Shown: positions 49,626 to 61,570 of the stretch, piece by piece | Position numbering within the stretch: the stretch's first letter is position 1 | Layout of the letters: each line of letters starts with the position of its first letter | Origin: Octopus bimaculoides | Taxonomy: Eukaryota | Assembly (NCBI RefSeq): GCF_001194135.2 | Contig: NC_068985.1 | Location: forward strand, 73,618,026 to 73,682,025 | DNA: 64,000 nucleotides | Reading direction: 5' to 3' | Program-made: the position numbers and the translations under genes | The notes under the pieces: model-generated | Told to the model about the DNA's origin: nothing | The model's database searches: none | The model's input: only the letters and a program-made list of their open reading frames with translations

Positions 49626-51868
49626 GAAGTTCCCTGCCTTTAAAGTAGCCTTTGCACATTTATCAAGTCCGAATTCCATACCTATATCAGAGCTGAATTC
49701 TTTGACAATATTCAAGAGCTCTTCTAATTGTTTGTCGTTTTTGGCGAACAGTTTTAGATCATCCATATAGAGTAGATGATTAATTTTCTGGTCAAAGATT
49801 TTATATCCACTCTTAGTATTATTCAGTCGCGTGGAAACAGAGCGATACAGAATAGTAATAGTGATAATGAGTCATCTTGAAAGATACCACAAGCGATATT
49901 GATGTCTGGTGAGGTGATATATCCTTGTGTATGATTTAAAATGAGGACAGTTCTCCACGAATTCATGATTGTTTTAAAAGTTCACAATTATTGGAGCTAC
50001 CTGGTAAATTTCCAGGGCCTTGATGACCCATTAATGGGGGTCACTGTCAAAAGCCTTCTTGTAACCTATCCGAGCTGTGCAAAGGTTTCTGCGTTTGAAT
50101 TTGCAATTTCCAGTGATCATGTTATCAATCAGTTATTGGTCCGCACGTCCATATGAACTCCTTTTACATCCCTTTTGTTTCACTGAGAATAACGTCTTAT
50201 TGTCAAAGAATTCATTTGTTCTCTTCGCTAGATGTTACCACTTTATATATGTGGTAGTGAGGTATATTATTAGTCGGTATTTTGACGGGGTTAGCAGTTT
50301 CTTCTGTTTTCGGTAAGAGATATGTAATCCTTTCTGTAAGCCACTTTGGGGCTTTCGCAGTGTTGGACATGACTTCACTGAATGCTACGGCTAAATTGTG
50401 GTGGGTGCTCATTAAAGAGGTTAACCAACAATTTGGAATCTTATCTATACCTGGGGATTTCCATTTCTTTGACTTGGCGAGCATCGCTTTCACTTCTTCA
50501 GTTGTTATATCCTGCCATTCTTGATATTTGAAGTGAGCATTGATGACTTCTATGTACCTGACCCAATGTGCATTCTGATTAAACTCCTTTAGATTGCTCC
50601 AAATGTTTTTCCAAAAATCTTCAGTTTGCTGCTGGGATTTTCCCCAGTTCCCTGTAGAATTTATTTCTGTTCTCCTTGAATACTATGTTTTGTCTAGAAA
50701 ATGCCGGGCGTTTTTTGTATCTTGCCAGTCGTTTGGTTTTTAATTGTAGTTTTTGTTTGAGGATTTCAATCTGTGTATTCTTTGTTTTCTTGTAAAGGTC
50801 ATGTTTAGCAATTATTCTTATTAGTTTGTTGGGTTTATTAGTTTTTCCTTTGCTTGCTTCAAGTAGAAAAGATATATCTGCTCATAGTTGGATTATTTTC
50901 CGGTTTATTCTTCCCATCCATGCTGCTGTTTGTGTACATTGCACTTTTTTTGTCTACCTCTAATTTTAATACTGCATTTCTGAGTTGCAACATAAGCAGC
51001 TGAGTAAATGAGTTGATTAATCACTCCGAGGGCATTTTCTCTACTATTCTCAAGGACTTGTCGTATCATCTTTCTGAGTTCTTGATCAATTTCTTTGATT
51101 ATTTGTCTGTTCATATTAGTATTAATAATTGTGGGAAGTGGGACACTTTCGTTTAAAGGCTGATGTAGTTGTATTAGATATTGTTCTAATACTCTCTCTA
51201 ACAGTTCATTGCTGACGTGATCATGTATAATGCTTTTAGTATCAACTGGTGGTCCACCTTCATAGGGTTCTGTGTACCTAGTTTTCTGGTGAGTTTGTGA
51301 TTTCAGGGCTTTTTGTCTGTGGTTATAAATGAGTGTGTGTTATACTGAGCTAACTTTTGACTGATCTGACTATTTTGTCAATTTCACTGTCGGTTAATCA
51401 TATATATTCTTTAGGATATCACATGTCACAGCTCCTAGTTTATTACTCTCCATGTGCAGCCTGCTATGCGGGTTTTTGCACCTCGAGATATTGTAGATAT
51501 TTTTTCATGTGTATGATGTTTCTGGGTTTAGTGTTGAATAATAATAAGCATATATTCTATATATCCCTCCTTCGTCCATTTCTGTCTTGTATTTCTACTT
51601 CTTTGAGATAGGTTTGGTAGTGGATCCTGAGCGTCAGCTTTGAGAATATCGCTGGTTTGATTTGTTACAGGTTCTTTAGGAGGTTGGTCCTGTTTTAACG
51701 ACGAGCCTAAGTTCGCTGATGAACGCGTTCTTCGAAAAACACGGATTCTAGAGGGTATTTTCATGGTTGGTATCCAAAGCCAAGCTACAAGTACAGAAGG
51801 TTAACCAGTTGAATCATTCCTTAGGTAAGCTTCAGAGGTCCCAGGCATCATCATTTCCCGGGGGAAAA
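49626..51868 (-). mobile_element. R4/Dong-like element with 5' UTR, N-terminus and RT (3'-truncated, many stops)
   Basis: ATG at 51764 (MKIPSR...RQKWTKE); WKSPGIDKIPNCW; YKKAFDS; GIFQDDSLS; LYMDDLKLFAKN. Confidence 0.9.
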
Positions 51869-51891
51869 ATATTATTATTATAATTATTATT

Positions 51892-52299
51892 CCTTCGTAA
51901 CACAGTGTAAGTAAAAATGCACCGGAGTCTTTAGTCATGTGTCAAGCCGCAACAAGGACATCGAAGAGATAATACCTTCCTAAAGATGTGCGCTGTGCCC
52001 AATAAGGATGCTTTTTGCAAGACATCAATCTTTCATGGGATGTCCAGTTGCCTTAATAAGTCTTAAAGTTTCAACGGTCCGATCAACACTGTTATCACTT
52101 TTACATTACCCTCTTGCATTCCATACAACCTTGCCATTTCCCCTTTCAATTCGTAGTACTTGGGGATTTGTTCAACCTCTTTACTCACAACATTCATGTC
52201 GTTCGGTATGGCTACATCAATTTTCTGACAGGATTTGTCTCATTCAATATGACAATATCCGGCCTACGGTGTTCGATTACACGATCCGTCTGAAAATCA

Positions 52300-52300
<1 letters not shown>
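51892..52300 (-). mobile_element. 5'-truncated Dong-like 3' end (RLE domain and 3' UTR) flanked by (TAA)n
   Basis: QTDRVIEHRRPDIVIL...IDVAIPND...KYYELK...LQKASLLGTAHIFRKVLS*. Confidence 0.9.

Positions 52301-52372
<72 letters not shown>
52301..52372. repeat. (ATT)n microsatellite
   Basis: Pure ATT run; a shorter one lies at 51869-51891. Confidence 0.95.
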
Positions 52373-52374
<2 letters not shown>

Positions 52375-52540
52375 GGAGGCGAGTTGGCAGAAAAGTTAGT
52401 ACTTCGGAGAGAAATGACTAGCGGCATTTCATCCGTCGGGTCTCTTCTGTCTTCCATCGTTTCGGGTTCGTTAACATAGGTACTATTTGAAATCTGGGGT
52501 CGATGTATTCGACTTACCTCTTTACATGAAATTGCTGTTC
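52373..52540 (+). mobile_element. tRNA-derived SINE with internal deletion
   Basis: aaggaggcgagttggcagaaaagttagtac...ggggtcgatgtattcgact. Confidence 0.7.
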
Positions 52541-53188
52541 TTGTGCCAAAATTTGAAACCATTATTTTTTATTATTTTCTATGTGCATTTTATGATATAT
52601 TTCTGTTACATCACTTCGATTTTGGATTCTAACATGAAACTGTTTTTAGATCTTAATGTGATATATGGAAAATTGAATATTTGGAAGCTTGCGTATTTTG
52701 TGTAGAAACGAAAACGAACCGCCTTTAGACGAAATTTCCTTTAGTCTTCTTTTACATACATAGAAATATTAGTGACACTAAATATCCACAAACACGTGAA
52801 AACATGAAGTAATTGTGTGTATACCAAATTCTAATTTGGAAACCCATAAAAGGATGCAGATAGGTGTTTTTGTTTTATTTTTAGTAAAATTTATGTATTT
52901 GAGATGAGAATGTTTCGAAACTTCTCTAGAGAAGAATACTCGTAATATAAGTTTTGCAAATGAGTAACTAAGAATAGATTGGATATCTATTTCTCGCTGA
53001 TGAAACGACTGCAGACACTTTTGATGGATTGAGATATGAAAAATCATATTCAAGTGATGTTACAGTTGACAATAAGAATGATAGTACCTATTGTACATGT
53101 GCAGTTCGATAGTATGTTGACGATGATAATGACAACAACGACGGCGACGTCGAAGAGATAATGATGATGACGACGACGACGAAGATGC

Positions 53189-53259
<71 letters not shown>

Positions 53260-53917
53260 AATAAGCCAGAGTAAAATATTTGTATGCAAGTCATTTGCTC
53301 TAATATTTGTCTTGTCGATTATATGTTAGACCATTACCGGATGTATGTAAGTTAATTTCAGTTTTGTGGTGCCACAGGAGGAAAACAGGAAAACGGTCCA
53401 GCGCAGCGTGATGAAAGTAGTAATTGCTATTCGCCTTGTATATGAGGGGTTATAAATTACCAATTAACGATAGCGAGTTGTTAGGTAGAATGTTTGGTAG
53501 CTCCTTATCCCAGTGCTATACAAATTATTTGAACAATGCAGAACCAAAACCAATGTCTAATAAAACATTTGTAAATCCTGTAAGAACTAATTACGGCGGT
53601 AAATCAAACGAAGAATAAAACAGAGGTTATTGCTATTTATTGTATGCTGCACACAAGAATATAAATATAAAGACAGATAGAGAAAAAATGAACGACAGAA
53701 AAACGAGGGTGAGCTACAGCGACAGCGAAACACACACGCGCACACACACACACACACACACACACGCATATATATATATATACAATAATAGGATAAGCTG
53801 TTATATAAGAATTTATCAAGTAGTTATCGTGAGGCACTCTTGTATAGTTATGCCCNNNNNNNNNNNNNNNNNNNNNNNNNNNNNNNNNNNNNNNNNNNNN
53901 NNNNNNNNNNATATATA

Positions 53918-53950
<33 letters not shown>

Positions 53951-54939
53951 GCAGCCACTTGGCTGAAACACATAAATAAATAAATATATATATATATAGA
54001 CTTTCCGTATTCCCGAGCGTCATACTAATATATACTTTTGTTATTTACACCACCTGTCCTCGTCTGTTGTTATTTTTTGTATATTCTCCCATATATATAT
54101 ATATATATATACATCGTGTGAAAGTGTGAGGCATTATGGTGGACAATGACCTATTGTTATGGGGACAAATATAAATGCTGTTAGATAAAAAAAAAGAAGA
54201 AATTCCGGGAGAATATTGTTTAAATATCTATTGGGGGAAGTTGGAAATTATTATGACTTCAAAATACATGGCTTCGAATAAATCTCTACCTATCAAATAA
54301 ATTGTCTCTTTTACCTATAACATTGTTGTATAAAAAGTTGAAGCCATATTTGAAATGAACAATGACTTCGTTAATGTGAAAAATTCCGGTGTTTCTCAAC
54401 CTAGAAGCAAAAAAAAAAAAAATCAAAATACTAAGTAACACTCTATAATGGAATTTGTTGCATGAATGAAATTAATGACGCAGCTCAAACACATCGGGGA
54501 TGTAATGGTATTATTCTCTTTGATATTTGCTACAGGAGGTCTAGTTAAGAAGAATACACTAATATTATAATCAAGGGACTTGCGAAAATCACAAGCATAG
54601 TTAGATCATGGTAATAAAAATGAAAGTTAAAAATTTATCTTTACAACATCTTTGATATGATATAACCTCTAATATTGTCAACATGGCTATCAACCGGTGC
54701 AAGAATAAACTAATGAGGTAATTCGTGGATGAAGTCTTGGTCTGCTATAAATAAGAGCTATTAATCTAGGGTAAGTGAACCTTCTCGTTTAACAGGAAAG
54801 CGACACACGAGATAACGTAGTTAGAAATTCCCTCTAAAACCGCTCTACAGGAATGCTTGGAATGCCTTTCATAATAAGTGTGTCCAATCAATGTTGTGCG
54901 AAGATAAACGGCAGTAACATACGAATGAATACCTTAATA

Positions 54940-55130
54940 ATACTGTTCTGTATTTTAGAGACGAGGAATTCTGTACATTATTTACATTATTTACATTGGA
55001 CGGATATATGTTTCCTCCCCTTGTTTGTTATTACCACAACGTTTTGGCTGATTTACTCTCCGGCCTTCATCAGGTGCCCTGGTAGAATTTTGAACCCAAA
55101 CCACAGTTCTCATTCCTAAGGTAATTTTTG
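54940..55130 (-). mobile_element. PLE pseudo-LTR with hammerhead-like motif at 55034-55077
   Basis: gcac-CTGATGA-aggc...gcc-AAAAC-GTT-gtg on the - strand. Confidence 0.6.
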
Positions 55131-55134
55131 ATGA

Positions 55135-55206
<72 letters not shown>

Positions 55207-55299
55207 CATCATCATTATTCATTCAAGGCACTTCCTGCAATTGAACTCGCAATCTGGGTGTTCGTAGCCCACTCACTTAATCATTACACTATATGCCCG

Positions 55300-55435
55300 T
55301 GGGAGAACCTGGCGTCGGGTTCAAAGTTCTGCCAAGGCACCTGATGCAGACTATACAGTAAACAGCCGAAACGCTATGGCAACGACAAACAAGATAAGGA
55401 CACATATCCGTCCAATGTAAATAATGTACCTTAAT
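55300..55435 (+). mobile_element. PLE pseudo-LTR, inverted partner, with hammerhead-like motif at 55337-55380
   Basis: gcac-CTGATGC-agac...gcc-GAAAC-GCTA; shares acatatccgtccaatgtaaataatgtac-like sequence with the - copy. Confidence 0.6.
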
Positions 55436-56201
55436 AACAACTGCTGGTGGCAGAGGTGCNNNNNNNNNNNNNNNNNNNNNNNNNNNNNNNNNNNNNNNNN
55501 NNNNNNNNNNNNNNNNNNNNNNNNNNNNNNNNNNNNNNNNNNNNNNNNNNNNNNNNNNNNNNNNNNNNNNNNNNNNNNNNNNNNNNNNNNNNNNNNNNNN
55601 NNNNNNNNNNNNNNNNNNNNNNNNNNNNNNNNNNNNNNNNNNNNNNNNNNNNNNNNNNNNNNNNNNNNNNNNNNNNNNNNNNNNNNNNNNNNNNNNNNNN
55701 NNNNNNNNNNNNNNNNNNNNNNNNNNNNNNNNNNNNNNNNNNNNNNNNNNNNNNNNNNNNNNNNNNNNNNNNNNNNNNNNNNNNNNNNNNNNNNNNNNNN
55801 NNNNNNNNNNNNNNNNNNNNNNNNNNNNNNNNNNNNNNNNNNNNNNNNNNNNNNNNNNNNNNNNNNNNNNNNNNNNNNNNNNNNNNNNNNNNNNNNNNNN
55901 NNNNNNNNNNNNNNNNNNNNNNNNNNNNNNNNNNNNNNNNNNNNNNNNNNNNNNNNNACATAATTGAAAAATTTAGTCAACAAAAAGGAGTACAGCTGGG
56001 TATTTATTTTCAGTCACTATAAATGTTTCTACGCAACGTAATCCTCCGGTCGTGCAGGTACTTGATTACGGGACTGTTTCCCTGCATTATGACATCTAGT
56101 TGTGTTTCCTTGAGCGGTATGTAAATATTGTCTGGACGTCAAGTGCATCTAATCTGTCTGTTGTGCCCTAAAGTAAGTAGCAGACTCTGAGTATCAAGGT
56201 G

Positions 56202-56257
56202 CGTTGCTGCTGAAGCACCGTTGCTGCTGAAGCACCGTTGCTGCTGAAGCACCGTTG
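56202..56257. repeat. 17-bp tandem repeat, 3.3 copies
   Basis: cgttgctgctgaagcac x3. Confidence 0.95.
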
Positions 56258-56576
56258 GCATGTTGCTTTGAATATGTAGATGTAGTGGCGTGGTGATTCT
56301 GTTACTGTTAAAGTGGTTGCCGTTTTAAATAGATTAACATTTGATTTCTTTGTACTGTTTAATTATTCTTCATGGTTGGTTACACATGCAATTCTCCTTT
56401 AAAAATCGGTCAATACGTACGCATACATGGTCGTTCACATATATATATCCATATACATACTAACGGTCGGACACATACACATACATACACACACACGCAC
56501 ATATATTCACGCACACATATGCGTATATTTACGCGCACTCACATACATACATACATACAAATATATGTAAATATAT

Positions 56577-57200
56577 TGTTGTGGAAGGATTCCGACCACC
56601 CCCAAGTGACCAAAGTTCAACTATCTTATTGTTATAAAACAAAGAACTGTGAGCGATTAGCAGTTCACGTTGGTAGCAGTTCACGGCGACCCTTTGTTAT
56701 AGAGCGTTGAGTCTCGTATAATAGTAAGTGTAGTGCGTCATGTATATAGTTTCTTTACCCTTGTTTCGTTATATTATGTGTCCAAAACACGGATACAAAA
56801 GTGGCGACGAGTTGTTGGAAGCTTGCTTTGGGCGTTTAATCTTTTTTTCGTACGAAACTAAAGAAAACATCCTTTTAACATGGAAGACCTATCGGCCTCC
56901 GTGGTGCAGTTACAACAAGAACAACAAAACCAACAGTCGTTGAAGTTGAAGAAGTCTGAAAATAATTCAGGTCTGTACTCGTCAGACAGCGTAGCAAGCT
57001 CAATTGAGGGATTCAGATATAATCCAGAAGAAAGTACCTTATCTGCATATTTTCGTAGATACGAAGGAATCTTCAAAGAAGAGTGTAAAAGTTGATCCGA
57101 CGAGTAAAAAGTACGACTACTTTTAAGAAAGTTATCCCTTGCCGAGCTTGAAAAATATAGTAATTATATTCTGACGAAGAAGCGAGGTGATATTTGTTTC
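56577..57200 (+). mobile_element. Ty3/Gypsy 5' LTR (about 56577-56797), PBS (56802-56811) and gag start
   Basis: TGTTGT...ATACA, then TGGCGACGAG, then MEDLSA...SVASSIEGFRYNPEESTLSAYFRRYEGIF...KVRLLLRKL. Confidence 0.85.
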
Positions 57201-57520
57201 GATATATATATATATGTATATATACACTGAAGGGGAGAAGTGGAAATAGAGAAGGTCTACAGCATTCTGTATTTTTGTTAAAAACGCGAGTACAAGGCAA
57301 AATGTTTACCGAATGAAACAATGTCACCCAGATATATAAATTCATGAATTAAAATTTATATCGACAGCTCAATCTTAGTTTGCAAATAGCTGCGAATGGT
57401 AGATCTTTAACAAGTTCCGGAGCAAATGATGTTGCCATACAAGGCACCGCCCTAATCATTTATTTTTGTTATTAGGGTTACATGGTTAGTGTTGTTGTGA
57501 GAGAAGAGAGGTACATGTTT

Positions 57521-57609
<89 letters not shown>

Positions 57610-57634
57610 TATGTGTATGTATGTATATATATGT

Positions 57635-57674
<40 letters not shown>

Positions 57675-58369
57675 GCGTCTGTGTGTATATATATGTGTAT
57701 GTCTGTGTTTGTGAGTGTGAATAAGTTTTATTTCCTTAATTACACATAAAATCTGTGTAACATATTCAAAGAATGCAAATTAGCAAAACCTTCTAAATCT
57801 ATTTCTATTAGATTTTAAAATAAAATAATGGTTAAATGGCAGAATTTCATAAGAATTTTTTTGAACTGTTTTGCTTTTGATTATTACATACAGACAATGT
57901 TTTCCGATATGTTGATTTACACTGTGCAAGGTGTACAAGTCGCGCTAGTTAGATCTTATTTGTTTGAAGCTACGGATGCTTACAATAGGAATGACAAAGT
58001 TATGTGCGCGAAAATGTTAGATACTGATGTCATCTCGATTATAATACATGCGCATACAAAAACACCCAGCTCACACAAATTTGTGCTTAGTTATATGAAA
58101 TATAGGTTTTAGACTCATAGCTACAAGGGAAGACGTTAACATTTGCGCGTTAGATATGGTTGAGGTGTATACGGGCCATCTTAAAATTCCACTGATAACC
58201 AGTGATCAACAGAACTATATTCAATAATATAATAAGGAATAACTATTGCAGTAAGCAAATGTCAAGACATGTTGTAAATCCTTATCAAAATACTTCAATA
58301 CATGTTATTCTGGTTTAAAAAACGAATGTTAAAATCAGAAAAAAAATGATTAAAGAAAGGGAAATGCAT

Positions 58370-58810
58370 CTTCGGGATTGCCATCTGGTATGACGTTTTC
58401 TTCCCAACCACACAATTTCGGATTCAGTTTCATTGCACCTTGGGCAAGTGTCTTCTACTATAGCCTCGCGCCTTGTGGGTGGATTAGATAGACAAACTGA
58501 AACTCACCGTATATATATATGTAAATATATATATATATATANNNNNNNNNNNNNNNNNNNNNNNNNNNNNNNNNNNNNNNNNNNNNNNNNNNNNNNNNNN
58601 NNNNNNNNNNNNNNNNNNNNNNNNNNNNNNNNNNNNNNNNNNNNNNNNNNNNNNNNNNNNNNNNNNNNNNNNNNNNNNNNNNNNNNNNNNNNNNNNNNNN
58701 NNNNNNNNNNNNNNNNNNNNNNNNNNNNNNNNNNNNNNNNNNNNNNNNNNNNNNNNNNNCAATACTGGGCTCGATTCATTCGACTGAAAATTCCCCAACA
58801 CAGCTTCAGT
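58370..58810 (+). mobile_element. tRNA-derived SINE pieces spanning a gap
   Basis: gcaccttgggcaagtgtcttctactatagcctcg...gacaaactgaaa; tail atactgggctcgattcattcgact. Confidence 0.65.
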
Positions 58811-59562
58811 CTATCTATTGAAACAAGTGATACGTATTAGCGACAAATGAAGTATTAATACCGAAAGATAATATTCATTCCCACTTAATCTTCTATGTTC
58901 TGTAACAACTAGATTTACTGCGGTACATACCATGAGAGAAACTCTCATATAGGAACTTGGTGCAGAATGAACACTTGTTTCTATCGCTAGCGGGATATGA
59001 ATCCTCTTCAACACAAGCGCTGAGATCACAAGATCACGTGATTTCGACCCTCCTTGGTCTCATTGGTGATGGACGCTCGAATGCTAAAGAAGTAGTGACT
59101 CATTTTTCCATTAGCAATATGTAGAAAATAAGTGCCCGAACAGGCTCTAGTGTTGCGATTAATCCGTGGACATGGTAAAGAATATATATTAGCGATAGAT
59201 GCATTATTACTACCGAACAAGGTCTGAGTCTATCGATTGAAACAAGTGATACGTATTAGCAATAGATGAAGTATTAATGCCGAGAGGCCTTCCCACTTAA
59301 ACGTGAATGTTCGGTTTGAACAAACCTTAGTGCGGTATACACTGTGAGAAACTCTCGCATAAGCTTTTGGTACAGAATGCAGGCTTGTTTATGTCACTAG
59401 CGGGGAGATACGTCCCCACCAACTCCAGCGGTAAACCACAGAACCACGTGATTGCCTTGGGTTTATCAGCGATAGGCGCTCGATTGCTAGAGATAACGAT
59501 TCATCTTCCTACTAGCGATATATATTCTACACCAAAAGCCTACATGGCAGTTTCTCTCGTGG
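58809..59562. mobile_element. About 420-bp diverged tandem duplication carrying ends of the TA-CCACGAG MITE family
   Basis: gtctatc.attgaaacaagtgatacgtattagc at 58809 and 59228; TA|CCATGAGAGAAACTCTC at 58930; AGTTTCTCTCGTGG|TA ending at 59562. Confidence 0.65.
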
Positions 59563-59779
59563 TAGCTATCACAGTAATGCCTGTTCTAACAGACCATCGA
59601 AGGACTTCTACAGTTATATTTATTCTGTTTGGAGGAAATAGCAACCTATTAAATCTACATTCTATCCTATTAAGCCACGTGTCTTTTGAAATAATACAAC
59701 CTTTAGAACACACGAAAGGACAGCCTGGTGCTGTTAGAGCGGCTTTGGTCATATGTATATTACAGGGATGTTGTAAAGG

Positions 59780-60126
59780 AGATGGAGAAAGGAGACATCC
59801 TTCAGTCACGAATGACCATGGGATTGCACCTAGAAAGTTACCCTCCAAGGCACAAGTTCAGGGAAGGTTGTTTATGGAAGACCAGCAGTTGCTCATGCAT
59901 ACCAGCTTCCTTTCTCCACGCCACCAGTGTTATCCAATGGAAAGGCAAAGGCCGATACAGCTTGACATCAGTGACGTCGCAAATCATTTCTACAGCTGAG
60001 TTAACTGGAGCAACGCGAAATAAAGTGTCTTGCTTAAGAACACAACACGCAACCCGGTCCGGGATTCGAACTCACAACCTCACGGTCGTAAGATCGACTC
60101 TCTAACCACTGAGCCACGCGCTTTCA
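59780..60126 (-). mobile_element. Long composite tRNA-headed SINE
   Basis: Head gaaagcgcgtggctcagtggttagagagtcg...gttcgaatcccggacc; body shared with 37495-37679; extended GC-rich 3' part. Confidence 0.75.
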
Positions 60127-60457
60127 CTAGATGTAGAACACTAGTTATAACATTAAGGTTAGCTTTACATAAGTATGGAATTATACAATTTAATTATCCC
60201 TCTTCTAAATTTGCACCTTACTCTCTATAGAAAATGACACCGATAATAATATTATAATGCACTTTGTTCTAGATTCATTTTGTTTGTATGTTAAATGTCA
60301 TTCTCAATGTAATGGGAATTGTTATGGGAATTGATATGCCTGTAGGTAGACATTTCAAATGTTGCTAAAACAATGCCTTATCTTTTCAGTAAGTAAAAGT
60401 AAATACATGAACGAATATTGTTCATACATACATACATAGATGTATATGTATGTATGT

Positions 60458-60518
<61 letters not shown>

Positions 60519-61424
60519 ATATAACAAGATTCAGTTGAATACTGTACTTAATGTTGAGGCACCTGGTTAATTCGGAATAAGATGCACACACTACAATTGT
60601 AGATGAATACCAAACTTGGTAACGAAGTACTAGCAGAATGATATTAGGGTAACGTATGCCGTTAACTGGACCCAACGGAGTATATAGTCCGCCCATGACT
60701 TATTCAGACATGTACATTTTAATTAAGTAAACAGTCCGTAATATACTTTGGAATATGTGATGGGCATGTTCCAACATAGGTGAATTACAAATAAATAAGT
60801 GATAATTGATGGACAGGTGTCCATCAACTGTTACTTATAGATAGGTTCCAGAGATTCACGGTATAGAAGGCACTTAGTAAAGCTCAAATGATTCAAAGTT
60901 AGATGCTGATATCTTGCTGGGGAAAGGCTATAAAAGAGAACAAGTTAACCGGGTATAGTGGCAATTTTGCGGATAAACAGATTAGACACATGAAATATAT
61001 TAAATATATTAAACATCAATTACAAAGTATGTACATATAAATTCATGCAAAACAAGAGGAAGCAAAGAGGTGGAAACTTTCAGATGATAATTTTTTATGT
61101 AAACTATATAGGTATTTATATTAATAGTTCTAACTTACAAGGATTAGGACAAACAAAAATAAAATAGGTGGAAGAAAGGTGTTATAAGTCCAACAGCTAT
61201 TTCCAGGGGCTCGGTGATACATAATAATTTTGGTAGATTTAGCATACCACAAAATGATGCCGTATGGATGCAATTAACATTGGATGTTCTATTGTTTCCT
61301 GGATATCAAACTATTTTACGTAACATATATTACATTAACGTCAATATCAAGATGTTAAAATACACATATACACAAAAACACACATTTATATACAACTACA
61401 CACCCACATACATTAGTTTCAAAT

Positions 61425-61570
61425 TTTGGCACAAGTCAGCAATTCCAGGACAGGAGTGAGTTGATTACATCGACTTCAGTGTTCAACTAGTACTTATTTT
61501 ATTGACCCTGAAAGTACGAAAGGCAAGTTTGACATCGTCGGAATCTGAACTCAGAACGTCACGACGGACG
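61425..61570 (-). mobile_element. tRNA-derived SINE fragment
   Basis: gttgattacatcgac...tacttattttattgaccc...ctgaactcagaacgt. Confidence 0.65.

Noticed and set aside
51820-51860. Box C/D-like words (ATGATGA...CTGA) in the Dong 5' UTR
   Set aside because: Spacing is too short for a snoRNA and there is no guide or terminal stem evidence.
55960-56350. Possible PLE ORF N-terminus next to the pseudo-LTR pair
   Set aside because: Only a vague resemblance; no diagnostic RT motif could be fixed.
59367-59999. 210-aa + strand ORF
   Set aside because: It runs across MITE and SINE sequence and has no recognisable domain.
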